The notes below the pieces were generated by a model. The model ran no database searches. It saw only the letters and a program-made list of their open reading frames with translations, and had not been told where the DNA came from. From an uncultured Methanosarcinales archaeon (GTDB lineage Archaea > Nanobdellota > Nanobdellia > Woesearchaeales > DSVV01): a DNA stretch of 64,000 nt. Shown here in pieces: positions 63,856 to 64,000 of the stretch (its first letter is position 1; each line of letters starts with the position of its first letter). The translations under genes were made by a program, and so were the position numbers. The DNA is taken from NCBI GenBank assembly GCA_964385055.1, contig CAYLMH010000005.1, positions 2,801-66,800 of the forward strand. Direction: 5' to 3'.

Positions 63856-64000
63856 TTATAACCTGAAATCAGCTACATCAACAGAATGTTTTCTTGGATG
63901 AAATGTTGCTGTATACATACTCATACCAACAAGAGCAGTTTCACGAGCAACTCGAATTGCATATGATCTTCCTGCATCAGAACGATGCCCTAAAGGATGA
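63856..64000 (-). CDS. 3' end of an ORF truncated by the window edge (hypothetical)
   Basis: Own translation of the minus strand gives ...HPLGHRSDAGRSYAIRVARETALVGMSMYTATFHPRKHSVDVADFRL, with stop TAA at 63856-63858. Confidence 0.35.
   Translation of the reverse strand, partial: HPLGHRSDAGRSYAIRVARETALVGMSMYTATFHPRKHSVDVADFRL

Noticed and set aside
1-64000. CRISPR array formed by the GGGGGACCC hairpin repeats
   Set aside because: Copies are 8-22 kb apart, differ in stem sequence, and are not separated by regular spacers. No cas genes are present.

Overview
This is a visibly AT-rich, gene-dense chromosomal segment with about 60 plausible protein genes. It comes from an archaeon, most likely a small-genome DPANN-type lineage. 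That lineage call is inference from gene content, not a phylogeny. Archaeal housekeeping markers are present: thermosome, uL11, TFS, NMD3, Pth2, Dph2, type-2 MetAP, ArgRS, HisRS, Sec11-type signal peptidases and PAC2. They are scattered singly rather than in classical operons. They sit among many lineage-specific membrane, secreted and coiled-coil proteins. There is one tRNA-Ser(CGA). I saw no rRNA, CRISPR array, transposase, integrase or reverse transcriptase. The main observations are: (1) a dispersed family of intergenic hairpin modules with invariant flanks (TGTCAGGGGGACCC ... GGGGTT) and fully covarying stems, usually preceded by an ATACACGCAC box; (2) GC-rich, heavily self-complementary non-coding islands at 14325-14611, 33419-33650 and 45149-45359 that I cannot assign to a known RNA family, two of which share terminal motifs; (3) dph2 split into two complementary fragments 20 kb apart on opposite strands; (4) a GGDEF cyclase and an HD-GYP phosphodiesterase in an archaeal context; (5) a REC / 2Fe-2S ferredoxin / CheD-like operon with no other chemotaxis genes nearby; (6) several uncharacterised clusters (membrane and coiled-coil proteins sharing a GMSGGxPP motif; secreted Lon-type protease plus patatin; S26 peptidase, Ser/Thr kinase and MNT/HEPN) and several candidate operator arrays. 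All functional calls rest on motifs read by eye from the supplied translations. No database search was possible.
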